The notes beneath the pieces are model-generated. The model ran no database searches, was not told the DNA's origin, and was given only the letters and a program-made list of their open reading frames with translations. A DNA stretch of 38,229 bases from Acutalibacteraceae bacterium (GTDB lineage: Bacteria > Bacillota > Clostridia > Oscillospirales > Acutalibacteraceae), in contig JAZNRA010000033.1 of the NCBI GenBank assembly GCA_045590415.1, positions 1 to 38,229 of the forward strand, read 5' to 3'. Shown piece by piece: positions 37,550 through 38,229 of this stretch. The position numbers were made by a program, and so were the translations under genes. How positions within the stretch are numbered: position 1 is the first letter of the stretch; every line of letters begins with the position of its first letter.

Positions 37550-37580
37550 GAAAAGCACTTGCCGCGGCAAGTGCTTTTTG
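37550..37580. terminator. Bidirectional terminator (nadE / downstream convergent gene)
   Basis: Palindrome AAAAGCACTTGCCGCGGCAAGTGCTTTTT (37551-37579). Confidence 0.8.
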
Positions 37581-37594
37581 TTGCGTAATATTGT

Positions 37595-38229
37595 TTATCG
37601 AACGTTGCCCCATTTATCAACCGATTTGACCTCGTATTTGGCCTTCGAATCGGAAATAACGGTGGACAGCGCAACGGTCGAGGCGATCTGCTTTCCATTT
37701 GAAAACACGCGATAGTAGCAGTGTTCGCTATCCGGAGAAGCGTTCCAAGTTAAGGTGTTTCCTTTTACCCGAACGCCCGTAATCTTTGAAGGTGTTCGGT
37801 CCACGTAATCGGTCGTCAGAATCACCAAGGATTTGGGCGGCAGCGTAACTGTCAGATTTTCCTCATTAAGAACCACCAAGTCACTGTACGGCTGTAAGTC
37901 GTTAAAATCGTTATACGGGACGTTATCCGCCTCGTAAACGTACATTCTGGCGGGTTGTTTGCAATTGTAATCGAGGGAGAGCTGTGTTTCCGCCGCCTCG
38001 TCCTTCCAATTCAGCACGGCAATACTCACGGCAGCCTCATCGGTACTGACGGCACAGCAACGGACGTTCTCATCATCCCATTCAGCGTTAAATACACGAG
38101 TGCCTTTTTTAAACAATTTCGCCATGTAACCCAGCGTATACAGACTGGCATGTGAACGATAATCTTGTTGCTCGTCACACCACCGAATCAAACCGTTTTT
38201 ATTGTAACGGAATTCCAGTCCGTGACCGG
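37595..38229 (-). CDS. C-terminal part of a larger protein that runs off the window edge; beta-sandwich-like tail, possibly the C-terminal region of a glycoside hydrolase
   Basis: The frame stays open upstream of the track's TTG start through to position 38229 (..GHGLEFRYNKNGLIRWCDEQQ..). The tail ..LTVTLPPKSLVILTTDY.. followed by an Fn3-like ..ITGVRVKGNTLTWNASPDSEHCYYRVF.. resembles glycosidase C-termini. The family was not recognised. Confidence 0.5.
   Translation of the reverse strand, partial: GHGLEFRYNKNGLIRWCDEQQDYRSHASLYTLGYMAKLFKKGTRVFNAEWDDENVRCCAVSTDEAAVSIAVLNWKDEAAETQLSLDYNCKQPARMYVYEADNVPYNDFNDLQPYSDLVVLNEENLTVTLPPKSLVILTTDYVDRTPSKITGVRVKGNTLTWNASPDSEHCYYRVFSNGKQIASTVALSTVISDSKAKYEVKSVDKWGNVR

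Noticed and set aside
1-38229. A scan for CRISPR repeats, tRNA/rRNA, IS elements, toxin-antitoxin pairs and known defence-system genes.
   Set aside because: I found no regularly spaced direct repeats, no cloverleaf-like or rRNA-like stretches in the few intergenic regions longer than 150 nt, and no transposase, integrase, nuclease or ATPase defence signatures among the ORFs.

Overview
This window is a gene-dense chromosomal core region, apparently from a roughly 50% GC Firmicute of class Clostridia. That placement is inferred from the gene content: an IspH-S1 fusion, TmcAL, gdpP-rplI-dnaB, tilS-hpt-ftsH and a T-box-controlled tyrS. I call 32 protein-coding genes, 27 of them on the minus strand, mostly tightly packed or overlapping. 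I found no rRNA, tRNA, CRISPR array, transposase or integrase, phage genes, or recognisable defence or toxin genes. I therefore do not see a convincing novel system of the defence-island kind, and most of the window is ordinary housekeeping synteny. Five parts deserve a second look. (1) A three-gene operon of unknown function at 16823-18880. It encodes a Cys-rich DUF5685-like protein, a J-domain/TPR protein ending in a 9-Cys 'cysteine string', and a polytopic membrane protein. (2) The essential gene tilS is split into two overlapping reading frames by an apparent 1-nt indel near 24949-24951. (3) A 2080-aa vWA/isopeptide-domain surface adhesin with an IPQTG sorting signal is co-transcribed behind a TetR regulator (23-6981). 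(4) RNase J carries a roughly 60-aa highly basic N-terminal extension and a roughly 160-nt leader with mutually exclusive hairpins. (5) IspH and ribosomal protein S1 are fused. All coordinates, motifs, RBSs, hairpins and promoter hexamers were read by eye from the sequence and the ORF track. Family names rest on remembered motifs, not on database searches.
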